Of a stretch of DNA of 64,000 bases, positions 11,954 to 25,180 are shown piece after piece. Under the pieces are notes generated by a model. The model saw only the letters and a program-made list of their open reading frames with translations, was not told where the DNA came from and did not search any database. Source of the stretch: Carcharhinus amblyrhynchos. Its lineage: Eukaryota. Each line of letters opens with the position of its first letter. Position 1 is the stretch's first letter. The position numbers and the translations under genes were made by a program. Where the stretch lies: assembly GCA_965287045.1 (NCBI GenBank), contig OZ336870.1, positions 158,286,001-158,350,000 on the forward strand. Reading direction: 5' to 3'.

Positions 11954-13639
11954 TTGATATTGAAGTATTTCCTGTTCTCCTATTACATTATGCATTGTTG
12001 CAGAAATTCAAACTGCCTCAGGCAGTGCCATTCACGCGTGGTTTTGCCTTTGAAGACTTCTTTGTAAATGGGTAATGAGTTAAGATATTAATTTTGAAAA
12101 AGGTGTCCACTGGGGACACCAAACCTACTCTTTACACTGATCTTTCACTGTCCCAGCTGACGAGCAAATCAAGTTTATTTACCTCAAATCTTGTGTTGGA
12201 AATCCCACCAAAAGCACTTCCTGGGAAACGGCCATAAAGAACTGGCAGAGCTGCACTCATTTGATAACGAAGGAGCCATGCTGAAGAGAGGCCCACTCAG
12301 TGTACCCGTACAATGTGTTTGGAGTGCATTGCAGTCCCAGACCCATAAACAAAACTACTTACAAGTCTGCACTACCTCTGAAATAGAAAGCGCAGAGCAC
12401 AATGAAGCCCTCTCCCATCAGTGTTGATTTTGATTGTATAAAATTCTGCACTCGTGTTTACATTATTCACAATTGATTCTGATTCATAGCTATAGTGTTA
12501 ATTTTGTGGGTTACAAATCCATTTAAAAGCTTTGTGTCTTTGCTATTACAGCTACCTTCACACAGTGTTTAAATGGAATTAAAGCCCCTCATTTTAAGGG
12601 TGGAATAGACTCTAGCTGCTTTATTGGAGCTCTGGAACCCAGCTATGTCAGTCAATATTGGAAAACCATGGCCCATTGAAGACAAATTTAAAAAATGCTT
12701 AATTGCGTTGACTGATTCCTTTTACACAAACTCCAAAAAAGTCCGTTTGATTTACCATTTCTGTCCTGACACATGGAGGTAGAGATATGGCCCACCAGAG
12801 CACAAATACCTTCTATTCTGACCAGAGAATTTGGGCAAAGCTTGTAAATTGGTCTGTTTTTTAAATGTAACGTCCTTCAGTGTGTCTGAGGTGAGCTGAT
12901 TGTAAAGTAAACAAATAGTACAATTCTGCTCGTAATTTGGCCTGGTTTCAGTATTTTCACAGCTGTGTCAACATACTGAGCAGAATGTGCCAAGCTGTGG
13001 AGTAAAGGCTGGTTCTCGCACCTCATTACCTTACGGGACCCAGGGATCAGCGTCATGTTTCACCTAATATATTCTTCACCAGCTCGAATATCTGTGGGAA
13101 GGATCGTCATCACGCTAAATATGAGTTGGTATCACAGAGATGAATGGGAGAAGGATTAAGAGGGAGACAGGAAATACAATGCATGTGGACAACATGTAGC
13201 ATCTGGACATTTTCTTCTTGACTTCATTGTCTAATCTATGATCTGCTTTCATCATCTTGCAGTCAATTAATTTGACCTCTTTTACTCCTGCTTTTGCCTT
13301 GTGAGGATCTCATCAGCTCACTTCAGAATAGTCCAGTAATTGATGCTGTGTGGGAGTGTTCCACTGAAAGATTTATGCAGAAAGAGTTTACGATCGACCA
13401 GAGAATTCAGCGAACGTGAATCGGGCTTTCAGTTTAAAGGAGGAAATCTGGAACATTATCGATGTACGTCGGGACAATTCATCATAATAATATTGGAAAA
13501 TGTTACCCTCTCTCTCTCTTTCTAAGGTACACCTGGCATACGCAGTACTTCATTTTCTGAGTTGCAGAATTTGAAATCTCAGTTAGCATCATAAACAGAA
13601 TATTACACTGTGTTTGTGTCTTCATTGCATATTCATTTT

Positions 13640-13790
13640 TGATCATGACTTTCTGCACTAGCTGCCAAACTACCTACCTTATATTAAGTTAATTTTTCTC
13701 TACACCTCAGCTATGACTGTAACACTACAGTCTGCATCCTTGCCTTTCCTTCTCTGAGCATGGTATGCATTGTCTGTATAGCACGCAAGA
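13640..13790 (+). mobile_element. Rex1/Babar-like 3' fragment
   Basis: CTCTACACCTCAGCTATGACTGTAACACTACA…TGTCTGTATAGCACGCAAGAA matches 55430-55525. Confidence 0.7.
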
Positions 13791-13920
13791 ACATAAGAAC
13801 TCGGAGCAGGAGTAGGCTGTCAGGCCCCTCAAGCCTGCTCTGCCATTCAATAAGATCATGGTCGATCTTTTCATGGACTCAGTTCCACTTACCTGCCTGC
13901 TCACCGTAACTCTTAATTCC
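13790..13920 (-). mobile_element. CR1 3' tail
   Basis: AACATAAGAACTCGGAGCAGGAGTAGGC…CCATTCAATAAGATCATGG. Confidence 0.8.
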
Positions 13921-14170
13921 TTGCTAGGCTATTTCAGAGGGCAATTAAGAGTTGAGCACATTGTTGTGGGTTAGCATGTAGGTTTCCTTCCCTAAAAGGC
14001 ATTAGTGAACCCGTGGGTTTTTATGATAATTGATGATAACTTCATGTTGACCATTTCCGAGAATAGTTCTATATTCCAGATTTTATTACCTGCGTTCTAA
14101 TTTCACCAGCTGCCATAGTAGGATTTGAACCCATGTCCCCAGAACATTAACCTGGGGGCCATTGACATGC
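13921..14170 (-). mobile_element. SINE family 2 fragment
   Basis: TTCCTTCCCTAAAAGGCATTAGTGAACCC…GGATTTGAACCCATGTCCCCAGAACATT. Confidence 0.7.
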
Positions 14171-14544
14171 TATGGCAGACTGCCAATGTCTGTGAAGGGA
14201 TATTCTCACTACGTAGCTTGGCACAAGGTTGAAATATTGCAACAGCATCAAGCACAGAACTGCCCAACTCTGAAAGAAGCTGTCAGACTATCTGTCTTTG
14301 GATCGCAATGTGGAATTTCCAATGTAAAACTAGAAAGCTCCCCAACTCCCTTTGAGGTGTGGAGCTGAGTGAACAGAATATCCACCCATTGCGCCCCTAC
14401 TGGATCCTTCTGGTATTGATTTTCAATCCCATTGCTGGATGCTTACATCAGGGAACTTAGTTTGATCTGGAATTTGACTGGGACTTGCAGTGTAGCCTAT
14501 ATTAAAGCTACCAATTCAATCAACCATATGCATCAATTTATGTC

Positions 14545-14725
14545 CAAAGATTGATTAGCCATGCTAGAATTGTCCTTAGTGTCCTGAGATGCTTGGGTTA
14601 GAGGGAGCAGTGGGTAAATATGTAAGGATATAGGGGTAGGGCCTGGGTGGGATTGTGGTCGGTGCAGACTTGATGGGCCGAATGGCCTCTTTCTGCACTG
14701 TAGGGATTCTATGATTCTATGATTT
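14545..14725 (+). mobile_element. HE1/V-SINE 3' half
   Basis: GATTAGCCATGCTAGAATTGTCC…GGGCCGAATGGCCTC…(ATTCTATG)n. Confidence 0.85.
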
Positions 14726-16026
14726 ATAATAAAACCCTTCACGTTCCTAAAACAAATGTAATTGTTGAAAACTGCACACAAAACTCTTACGTGGCTAGGT
14801 TAAGAATCAATCTGGAAATAGACCTGCCAACCAGTGGTTATTATAACCATTGCAGCATGTTTTGCGCTGTGGAGCAGGGGATAGAGTGCTAATTGAAACA
14901 TGAGGTTTAATCTGCTGTCTTAATCAGTTCTCAGTCCAAAACATGCTGGAATATTCATTGCACACAATTTCTGAGGCAGTCTTAATTCATAACGTTTTGA
15001 ATAACCTCTAAGGGCAATGTTTTGTTTTCAGTTTTGCTGCTGAAATGTTGCTGTGTTCCAACAAATAGCACAGGCACACACAAGGGTAATCAAACATAAA
15101 ATGGAGATCTCTGTCAGCTTATTTACATTTCTTTGCAACATGAAATCAAGTCCACTTTGAGTCCCCGTGTATAACTCAATGGAACCCGAGAGCGGGAAAG
15201 GCTAATGCTGGGGCGGATGCAAGTTCTTCTTTTTTGTTCTCAGCTGAAATGGGGCAGTCGCAAATGGAAACTCTGCCTTCCCTCTCAATGCCTAAAAATG
15301 GCACTGGGATGATGAGGGGGGTGTGGGGCGGGGGAGGGGGTTGTGGGGGGAGGGAGGGAGTGACAATGTTCTGTGTCCTCTGAAGTCCCACCCATTCAGT
15401 GTCTCTTCAATGTGGGGGTTGTAGTTCACAGGAAGCAAAAAGGAACAAGGTCAACCAATGGAGAGAGGGACATTGTAGCAACCTTCTCCCCTTCCCGTTC
15501 ATTGCTGTCACCTTTAGCATGCTTCTGCCCTTTTATCACTGGGAATTTTCCACCATCCCACTGAATGGCTCCCGCAAGGGGTATGCCCATTCCTTGGACA
15601 CTGAAGGCATTGAGTGGGGTGAGCATCCCCTCAATGTCTAAAAAGAATGAAGAAGTGATCTTCCAGAACACGCTTAGTGAACTGAACTTAGTCTACAGGC
15701 CATCCTGTGTAAGTGACACAATGGTGCCAGGAAAGTCTTCAGCAGAGGAAAACAGGCTGAAGGCTGCTCTTTCTCTCTCTCTCATTTTTAAAATAGAATT
15801 GCCACCTGTGTCGAGAAGCCAACTCAACCAGAAACTTAATGATAAACCAAGAGCTCATAATAAGTGTAACACCTTCTACATCTAGCCCCTTCCAAGAAAT
15901 CCTAAACCAAATCAGCCACTGTGTTTTAAAATCTATACCTCAAGATCAATCAAAGGACTTATACTTAACCGTATATTCTTTTACTTGATTTTTAAATTTG
16001 GTCTCTGTCTCTCCTTATTTCTGATC

Positions 16027-16135
16027 TCGCACAGACATGGGGAGAATGTGCAAACTCCCCACAGACAGACACCCAAGGCTGGAATTGAACCTGGATTCCT
16101 GACGTTATGAGGCGTCACTGTGCCCCGTGCCGCCC
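16027..16135 (-). mobile_element. V-SINE 5' fragment
   Basis: GCACAGACATGGGGAGAATGTGCAAACTCC…GGAATTGAACC. Confidence 0.75.
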
Positions 16136-16544
16136 TAATTCTTGTAGTCAGTTGTTGTGTTTTATGCCTCGGAAATACGTTGTGATGGCACGCCACATTC
16201 TACGTATGCAGAGGCTTTATTTGCAACACTGCTGAAAAGTCTGCTCTCACGCTTACAGCTTCTTGCTTTCAGCTTGGCCCCTGTGTCTCATTGTAACTGC
16301 ACTCAGGCTCGACTAACGGAACAGTAAACAGTCAACAGACACACACATCCAAACACCGAGCAATTGAATAATTGAATATTACAGTGTCTGGAAGCTGATC
16401 TTTGCAAGCAGAAGTTAAAATGCAGAATTCTATAACAGCTATGGTGTAAAATTAGTTCTCCTTCAGTCTGTATGTTCCTGATGTACTTAGTTCAACTTGC
16501 TTGGAGCACCAAAGGGTCTCCAGTTGGGGGCAAGTGTTGAAGCT

Positions 16545-17110
16545 GACCATCGAGGAGTGGGAGGATTGGCACTATCCGGGGTGGGGGTGTTGACTGGGGA
16601 GATCGGGGTTGGCTAGGAGGGGTGGGGGAGACATGGGGGCTAGTCATTGGGATCAAGGCGCATGGCATCAAGAGTATCGAGGGTGGGGGGTGGGGGGGGC
16701 TGGGGGCGGTTGGGACTGTTGGGGGGTCATGGGGGGCTGACCTGGGGAGATCTAGGAGGCCAATGGTCAGGTGGTGGTGGGGGAGGAGGAGGGGGGAGGG
16801 TCGGAAGGCCATCAATGGGGAGTTGTCGGGTTGGCCTGCGATCGAGAGGCCGGAAATGCTGGTCAATGGACACGCACCAATCTCAGCACCAACACTCACA
16901 TACAGAGAGACCTGCTCAGCGCTATGCTGCCAGTCTTTCAGGTGGGAATAGGGTCCACTCCCTGCTTTTCAGAGGGAATCCCACCAGAGTACTCTGATAC
17001 ACAGAATGTCAGAGATTCATTCTGGAAATCATGCTTCAAAAATCAACAGAATTTAATCCCAGTTTCCCGCATGTCAGGAAGTCAAAATCTTGTTGGAAGA
17101 ATCCCTGCCC
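16545..17110. repeat. G-rich low-complexity tract, probably within a non-autonomous DNA transposon remnant
   Basis: G-run/GATC-containing units like 23180-23800; ends GGAAGAATCCCTGCCC, resembling the MITE termini. Confidence 0.5.
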
Positions 17111-17221
17111 ATATGATGAATAGGTCAGAAAAAACACAACTGCCAGTTTATGATCACATGTGCACAATGGAAGCTGAATAAACTTCATAAGACAAAAAGC
17201 AGGAATTTCCTAAGATATTTT

Positions 17222-17533
17222 GGGGCAGCATGGTGGCACTGCTGCCTCACCGCGGCAGGGACCCAGGTTCAATTCCAGCCCTGCGTGACTGTTTGTGAGG
17301 AGTTTGCACTTTCTTCCGTGTCTGTGTGGAATTCCTCCGGGTGCTCTGGTTTTTTTCTCACAGTCCAAAGATGTGCGGTTTAGGTTGATTGGCCATGGGA
17401 AATTGCCTCTTAGAGTCAGGGGGATTAGGACTGTGAATATGTGGGATTGCAGGGATGGGACCTGGATGGGATTCTTGTCAATGCAGGCTCGATGGACCAG
17501 ATGGTCTCCTTCTGAACTGTAGATTCTATGATT
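17222..17533 (+). mobile_element. HE1/V-SINE with CR1-type tail
   Basis: Head, V domain and tail recognisable. Confidence 0.85.
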
Positions 17534-17759
17534 TCAGTCTATTAAATCTCTAAGAGTTTATTCCCTCTCTGAACTGCATTCTCAAGATTCAGGCAAGCTA
17601 CATGGTCAACAACCCTGGGATTTGCAGGTCTACCTACAATTCGGAGATGACATGTTCGCTCTTCAAGTTGCAAGGGCAACTTGTTTCAGCAAGTGTCAGA
17701 TTGGAGATAGCAATGCTGACTTTGAACTGTAAGAGAGCCACTTAATTATATAGTTTTGA

Positions 17760-18008
17760 GGAAGTGTTAGGGGATGGTGCTCTGGCCAAAGGCAAGCCCT
17801 TGGCTCTCTGTCTGTTGAGGGTTCATCCTGAGTTCTTTATGTGGCAGCTTTTTATTAATGATGGTTTGCCATTGTCTTCTACTCTCAGAGACAGAGCGAG
17901 GAGGCAGGTATCAAACTCACCTCAGCCAGAATGGGAATTGAACCTGCGCTGTTGGCATTTTTTTCAGAATCACATTCTAAGCACCTTAGTCAACTGAGCA
18001 AACTAACT
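17760..18008 (-). mobile_element. tRNA-derived SINE family 3
   Basis: Minus strand begins GTTAGTTTGCTCAGTTGACT…AGCGCAGGTTCAATTCCC (A/B-box-like); the body is unlike the V-SINE. Confidence 0.55.
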
Positions 18009-18139
18009 TCACTAAAATGGAGTCAGTCTCCTTCCCAGGAGCAGTATATGTTCTGCACAGGAAAACAGTGTCCACTCAGGGTCTGTAGCAATGAAGTAGA
18101 CACTGCTTTTTCTTCATGCATGGAATGTGGACAACTCAA

Positions 18140-18270
18140 ATTGCCCTTGAGATACAGCTGAGAGGCTTACTCGGCAGTTAAGTCAACCACATTACTGTGG
18201 GTCTAGAGTCACACTTAGATCAAACCAGGCAAGGACATCAGATTTCTTCTCCGAAATGATATGAGTGAGC
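18140..18270 (-). mobile_element. SINE family 2 fragment
   Basis: GGCAGTTAAGTCAACCACATTACTGTGGGTCTAGAGTCACA…AGGCAAGGAC. Confidence 0.65.
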
Positions 18271-19177
18271 ATATATATATATATGTCTTATTTACAGTGC
18301 TGTTTTTTTTTGTAGGGAGAAGGTACTCAGTTTTGAAATGGATAATGTGTGTGGTGTAGAGTGACAGACAGTAAACATCCCTTTGTGTCAGAACAAGTCC
18401 CAAACATATGCCATCTCCTCATGATGTCGACACACAGCATTACAGAGAAAGGCACCATCTATTTAGGTATTGTCCCTTTACATGAGGCATCACAAGCCTC
18501 TGTCCCATAGAGAGAAATTTAAGAGTTGTCCGTTCAAAGTGAGTGGTGTCAGACTGCACTAATCAATACTCTGGAGTCTAAACGGCTTTAGGTAAATTGC
18601 AACACTGAACGGGAATTACTTACTGCTGTAGACCACATTCACACAAGATTGAAACCATAATCTACATCACAAGTACATTAGTTATTCAATCAATAAAAAA
18701 AACAGACATCTTCTGAAACTAAACAACCAGTCTCTACAAATAATTTCAGAGATTCAATCTGACGTTTCTCAAGCGTCAGAAAACCACTTGACACACCAGA
18801 TCAAGTCAGTTTTCCAAACCATCCCTGGCTGTTGCACATGTAGCAGAGTGTGCACAATGGGACATGAGGACTTGGCCTGAGCCTGGGCCCAAGGCAAATC
18901 TCAAGAATAGGAGCAGAATTGGCATGCAAACTGCTGCGTTTTACCTGACATGGGGATGCTTGACACTGACATTAAGTGCCTGAAATGCTCCAATACTTAA
19001 ACTTGACAACCATTACCTTGAAAGGCTAAAAATAAAATGCTACACTTGATATTAAGGCTTTGAACACTTTGCATATTGATGACTCCCAGTGTTATGGTGC
19101 TCAGAGGCTCAGCTGAATTCTTGTCCGTGTTTCCTCATTTTTATTTTATTCTTTCACAGTATGTATGTGTTACCAGA

Positions 19178-20410
19178 ATCATAGATAGAGTCATAGAGGT
19201 TTACAGCACAGAAACAGGCCTTTTGCCCCAACTTGTCTCTGCCGCCCTTTTTTTTTAAACCCTTAAGCTAGTCCCAGTTGCCCACATTTGGCCCATATCA
19301 TTCCATATCCATCTTAGGCTCGAAGGGCTAGATGGCCTACTCCTGCTCCTATTTCTTATGTTCTTATGTTAACCATGTAGCAGTCTAAATGCTTTTCAAA
19401 AGAAAAAATTGTACTCGCCTCTATGGCTACATGTGGCAGCTTATTTCAGGCACTCACCGTCCTCTTGTGAAATAATTGCCTCGATGGACCCTTTTGTATC
19501 TCTCCCCTCTCACCTTGAACTTATGCCCTCTGGTTTTCGACTCCCCCAACTTTGGGAAAAGATATTGACTATCTAGCTGACCTATGTCCCTCATTGTTTT
19601 ATAGACCTCTATAAGATCACCCCTCAGCCTTCTACGCTCCAGAGAAAAAAGTCCCAGTCTATCCAGCCTCTCCTTATTACTCAAACCATCAAGTCCTGGT
19701 GGCATCCTAGTAAATCTCTTTTTTCTAGTTTAATAATATCCTTTCTATAATAGGGTGACCAGAATGGGACACAGTATTCCAAGTGTGGCCTTACCAATGT
19801 CTTGTACAACTTCAACAAAACTCCCCAACTCCTGTATTCAATGTTCTGACCGATGAAACCACGCATGCTGAAAGCCTTCTTCACCACTCTGTCAACCTGT
19901 GATTCCACTTTTAAGGAGCTATGAACATATAACCCTAGATTTCTTTGTTCTGTAACTCTCCTAATGCCTTACCATTAACTAAGTCCTGCCCTGGTTCAAT
20001 CTACCAAAATGCATCACTTCACATTTATCTAAATTAAACTCCATTTGCCATTCGTCAGCCCACAGGCCCAATTGATCAAGATCCTGTGGCAATCGGAGAT
20101 AACTTTCTTCACTGTCCACTATGCCACCAATCTTGGTGTCATCTGCAAACTTACTAACCATGCCTCCTATATTCTCATCCGAATCATTAATATAAATGGC
20201 AAATAACATGGATCCAGCACCAATCCCTGAGGCACACCGGTGGTCACAGGTCTCCAGTTTGAAAAACAACTCTTTACAACTACTCTCTGGTTTCCATCAT
20301 CAAGCCAATTTTGTATCCATTTGGCTACCTCACCGTGGATCCCATGAGATTTAACCTCATGCAACAATCTCCCATGCGGTACTTTGTCAAAGGGCTTGCT
20401 AAAATCCACC
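19178..20410 (-). mobile_element. CR1 (HER1-like) LINE, 5'-truncated RT pseudogene
   Basis: Frameshifted ORFs carry DFSKPFDKVPHGRL, GVPQG, SKFADDTKIGG, YKTLVRPHLEYC and FSLERRRLRGDLIEVYK, followed by a CR1 tail. Confidence 0.93.
19317..19370 (+). mobile_element. Extreme 3' end of the young CR1 subfamily nested in an older CR1
   Basis: GGCTCGAAGGGCTAGATGGCCTACTCCTGCTCCTATTTCTTATGTTCTTATGT, nearly identical to 54068-54120. Confidence 0.85.
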
Positions 20411-20449
20411 TTGTCAAAGGCTTTGATAAATTAGTTGGACCACTCACCC

Positions 20450-20780
20450 TAATATCCCTTAAGAAGGTGGTACTGAACCACCTTCTTTATCTGCTGCAGT
20501 CCATGTGATGTAGGTACATGTGCCGTTAAGGAGGGAGTTCCAGAATATTGACCCTGCAACAATGAAGAAATATAGTTGCAAATCAAAGATATAGTTGCAA
20601 GTCAGGATGTCTAGAATGGCTTGGAGGCGACTTTGTAGGTGGTGTTGTTCCTATGTGTCTGCTGTCCTTGCCCTTCTAGGTGGTAGAAGTCACAAGTTTG
20701 GAAGGTGCCTGATTTAGTTGCTGCAGTGTACCTTGTAGATGGTACAGTTGCTGCTAGTTTGTGTCAATGGTGCAGGAGCT
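20450..20780 (-). mobile_element. CR1/L2-superfamily LINE 3' fragment
   Basis: Similar to 6370-6690. Confidence 0.7.
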
Positions 20781-20829
20781 TATGTGGCTAGCTTAAAGAT
20801 TCTTATAGCTAAAAAAGGCTAAGGAAGGA

Positions 20830-21200
20830 CTTAGTATCGATGTTCAAAATTATAGTTTCAATAAAATAGCTGAGAAATTGAATTCTTCCTGGCAGAGGGT
20901 TTGAGAACCAGTGGACACAGATTTAAGGTAATTAGCCAGTCAGAGGTGGGATAAGGATAATATTTTTCTTTTGCAGACAGAGTTGTGTAATACATTCCTT
21001 GAAAGGGTGATGGGTACAGATTTAATAGTAGCTTCTAAAAGGGGATTGAAAAAATACTTGAAGGAAGGAAAATTGCAGGCCTGTGCATTAATTGCAAGGG
21101 AGTGGGATCAGTTGGATAGCTCTTTCACAGATCTAACAGGTATAATGAACCAAATGGCCTGCTCTTTGGCTGTAAGATTCTATGATTCAATTATTCTATG
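20830..21200 (+). mobile_element. Old CR1 3' fragment
   Basis: AGAACCAGTGGACACAGATTTAAGGTAATT…AAATGGCCTGCTCT…TAAGATTCTATGATTC. Confidence 0.65.
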
Positions 21201-21511
21201 ACATCATGATTCATGGATTAGAATTGTATGTTCTCTAGTTTCTATACACTTCTCAACAAATATGTTTTGATGTTAAAAGGTTATTCCATAAATATATTTT
21301 GTCGGACATTTGATAAGCCAATCTTGCTAGCGGAGTCAGTGGGTCTGCTGAGACAATGGCTTGTCAAATGCTAGATGCTCAATATAAGTGACACCCCTTT
21401 AACAACTAAACACCGAGATATTATCACTCCTGAAACAAAAGCCAATTCCAGACATCATTTTGGAAGTCACTGTGGAGAAGGAAGGCCACATGAACTAAGT
21501 CCCTGACTTCC

Positions 21512-21800
21512 TAAAGTTTATTTATTAGTGTCACAAGTAGGCTTACATTAACACTGCAAAGAAGTTACTGTGAAAATCCCCTGTTTGCCACACTCCGCGC
21601 CTGTTGGTGCATTGAGGGAGAATCTAGCATGGCTAATGCACCTAACCAGCACATCTTTCTGACTGTGGGAGGAAACCTGAGCGCCCGGAGGAAACCCACC
21701 CAGACACGGGGAGAACTCTGCACAACGACCCAAGCTGGGAATCAAACCCAGGTCCCTGGTATTGTGAGGTAGTCGTGCTAACAACTGTGCCACCATGCCA
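21512..21800 (-). mobile_element. V-SINE with tail B
   Basis: Reverse copy; tail TAAAGTTTATTTATTAGTGTCACAAGTAGGCTTACATTAACACTGC. Confidence 0.88.
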
Positions 21801-22796
21801 CCATTCTAGATGGTTTAATTGGTTTCCCCAGCTAATCTGTTGTTTAACATCCTATTGTAAGTGACAAAGAAGCAGGCTCCTCCAAGTAGAACAACTGAAA
21901 CATCTAACCTGACTGTTCTGGGGGATTTTGTACCCTCATATACAGAGCTGATTCAATTCTGCGTGCATTAGCTCCATTGGATAAGCAAACCCCACAATCG
22001 TGGTGTTCAGCCAACTGAACATGAACATTTACTTGAAAGACTTCCTCATTGGGCTCTGACTTTGGACTCTGGGTCTCATGTGAAACAATATTCCTACGTC
22101 TGTGGTTCTTGTAATTTAAAACCCTTTATCTCTTTCCCTCCCTTTATTGTTTGAATGTTCATTGCGGACACTCCCTTTCATGGGTTTAGAATGTGCAACA
22201 CAATCTAATCTTCTGAGTTAATCCAAACTCCAGTTTGCTGTGGTTTAGTAGCAAAATTGGGTCACAAAACCTGAGGGGTTGGAAAAACATACCGTGGCTT
22301 ATTCTTGAAAAACAAATTCAAATACTCTCTGCTTACGAACAGGTGGTTAGGGGAAATCAGAGCAATTTAAACTGCCTCTCATGCCCATAACACTACTTAA
22401 CTTTAATAAGTAACCGTTAATCCAACAGTTCCAATTTACTTTCAAGTAATACTCAGAGTTTACCTCATCAACACTATCCAATATTTTATATCTCACCTTC
22501 TGTCTAGCTAATAAAACCTTTCTAATCTTTAAACATATCTAAATCCTTTCCATTGGGACTCATCTCGCACCTGTTCCTTACATCTTCTCAATTACATGTA
22601 TCACTTCTATGACACTGGGGCCAAAACCAAAAGCAATAATCTGCTTCAATGTGAACCTCAGCTTAACCCCTGAAGTTATAGTGCTCTGGTTAATACATCC
22701 TTGCAATTTGTTTTTAGCTTTTGTAGTTGCTTCATCCACATACTACATTTGAATCATTTTGTCATATTATGTCAGCTTAATTTCAATATATTTATT

Positions 22797-22975
22797 GACT
22801 TGAATTTTCCAGCCCTTCCCATTGGCAGGGTCTTCCAGTCCCGCTGATGGTGACCTCCTCCCATCCTGTGGGTTTCCCAACAGTGGTGGGTACAAACCAC
22901 ACAAAATGCCATGGGAATCACTAGTACAGAAGATCCCGCTGGCAGCCAATGGTGAACACCCTCTGCCACCAGAAG
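22797..22975. mobile_element. MITE-like element
   Basis: Begins GACTTGAATTTTCCAGCCC; internal inverted segments (GGCAGGGTCTTCC / GAAGATCCCGC). Confidence 0.5.
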
Positions 22976-23179
22976 AAAAAAGTTGCCTTTTCTTAAATAT
23001 TGTTGTTCAATGAAGAGTTTAACCAATCAGCCAGAGACAATGCAAATGATAGTCAAAGCCATCGACTGCACATTGAAAATAGCCTTGCAAAGACTTACCA
23101 CTCCTTTCACTCCAACCATTACCTTAACTGTGCCCTTTCTTTTAGGCAACTGACTCCATTGTAAATCGGGTTCCTGCGG

Positions 23180-23800
23180 ATCGTTCACTGATCAGGGGAT
23201 GGGGGTTGCTCATGGAGGCCAGCGACTGGGAGGGTGGTCATGGAAGTCAGAGATCAGGGAGTGGAGGGTTATGGGGGCCAGCAATTGGCCGGGGGAGGGG
23301 AGCGTGTCATGGAGATCAGCGATGGGGGCGTGGGTTGGGGGTCACGGAGGTTGGCGATCAGGGGGTGGGGGGTCACAGAAGCTAGCGGTTGGGGGTTCAC
23401 AGAGGTCTCTGATCAGTGGGGTGGGGGGGGGGAGTCACAGAGGCCGGCAATCAGTGGGATTGTTGGGGGGGAATCACAGAGGCCGGCGATCAGTGGGGTG
23501 GGGGGGTCGCAGAGGCCGGCGATCAGTGGAGTGGGGGTGGGGGGTCACAGAGGCCAGCAATCAGTGGGATGGGGGGGTCACAGAGGCCGGCAATCAGTGA
23601 GGTGGGGGGGTCACAGAGGCCGGCAATCAGTGGAGTGGGGGGGGAGGATCACAGAGGTCAGCGATCAATGGGGTGGGGAGTCCGGGGAATCAATTGGGAG
23701 GTTGGCAATCAGGAGACCTATGATAGGGGATGATGGGGGTGGGGTGGGGGGGGGGGGGGGGGTGGAGGGTGAGGGTGGTGGGGTGGGTGGTGGGCAGTGT
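23180..23800. repeat. G-rich minisatellite, ~31-36-bp unit (GGGGGTCACAGAGGCCGGC[A/G]ATCAGTGG…)
   Basis: At least 8 clear units at about 23390-23680, degenerate units on each side, and a poly-G run at about 23746-23762. Confidence 0.9.
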
Positions 23801-24514
23801 GCACGCACTGATCTCCACACTGACAGGTTGACATATGCACAGTGACCCACTCAACACGCTGATACTGGCGGGTTCAGGCTCCACGCACCCCAGCATGAAT
23901 CGTGTTACAGACTTTGCGATGCACAGAGACCCAGAGATTCATTCCACTCAGTTCACCCAAAAAACGGGTGGAAAAACTCCCATATTCTCACCCTTCGGGC
24001 ACTTGGAATCGCCCCATGCTCCCTGAACGTATGACACTTTACCAACTACCAACACTTCTTTGTTAAGCTACTGATCAGTAAATGTAATCTCTTATGAGTG
24101 AAATTTAAATTCACAAATTACACTGAGCTCCTCCTGTGGGGAAGCAGCTAATGATCCTGAGTGATCGCTATGAAACAAAGTGTTGTCAGAGACTTTAACA
24201 AACTCCCGTCAATTGGGGATAATTGGATGGTGCTGAGTAGCAAGTGCTTCATGAGCTTGAATGATGTTTCTGGCTTGAAATGGATTTGGAAATGCATCCC
24301 ACCCTCTCTGGTGACAGCAGGGGAGGGATTTTCCTCTTTAGTGTTACATTGTACCTGCTCAGTTCAGCTTTTGCTCTCACACTGCTTCTACAAGGCACCT
24401 TGGACTATCCCAAAAATGACACACCTGGGTCTGTGTCAGAAATAGGTGCAAAGTGGCAGAGAGTCTCCCACTAAATTTGCTGACAAGTTGTTAGAATTCC
24501 AGCCTTTTGACACG

Positions 24515-24755
24515 TTTTGATTTGATTTGATTTATTATTGTCACATGTATTAGTATCCAGTGAAAAGTATTGTTTCTTGCGTACTATACAGATAAAGCAC
24601 ACCATTCATAGTGAAGAAAGGAGGGCATGGAGAATGTATTGTTTCAGTCATAGCTAGGCTGTAGAGAAAGATCAACTTAATACGAGGTAAGTCCATTTCA
24701 AAAGTCTGATGGCAGCAGGGAAGCAGCTGGTCTTAAGTCAGTTGGTGTGTGTCCT
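24515..24755 (-). mobile_element. Rex1/Babar-like 3' end
   Basis: (TTTGA)n terminus followed by sequence matching 55330-55580. Confidence 0.8.
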
Positions 24756-24859
24756 GTTCATTTGGTTTCTGAAGCAGAGAGGTACTGAAATAACCTGGTC
24801 AAAACACCAAGGGTTTTAACATTCTCCCTGCTCTGTGTCTTTTGGGTCTCAGGGACTTG

Positions 24860-25180
24860 GGGTGGCACAGTAGCACAATGGTTACCGCTGCTACTTCACA
24901 GTGCCAGGGAGCTGGTTTCAATTCTGGCCCAGGGTCACTGTCTGTGTGGAGTTTGCGCATTCTCCCCATGTCTGTCCGGGTTTCCTCCAGGTGCTCCAGT
25001 TTCCTCCTGCACTCCAAAGATGTGCAAGTTAGGTTGATTGGCCATGCTAAGTTGACCCTTAGTATCAGGGGGATTAACAGGGTAAATATGTAGGGTTGGG
25101 GGATAGGGCCTGGGTGGGGTTGGTGTCAGTGCAGGCTCAATGGGCCACATGGTTTCCTTCTGCATTGTAGGGATTCCATA
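24860..25180 (+). mobile_element. HE1/V-SINE with CR1-type tail
   Basis: Near full-length copy. Confidence 0.88.

Noticed and set aside
16492-17181. Pro/Gly-rich overlapping ORFs
   Set aside because: Low-complexity G-rich repeat with no domain signature.
23390-23680. CRISPR-like array
   Set aside because: Eukaryotic context; the inter-repeat segments are G runs rather than unique spacers, and there are no cas genes.
23199-23896. Gly-rich ORFs up to 203 aa
   Set aside because: Translations of a G-rich minisatellite, open in several frames.
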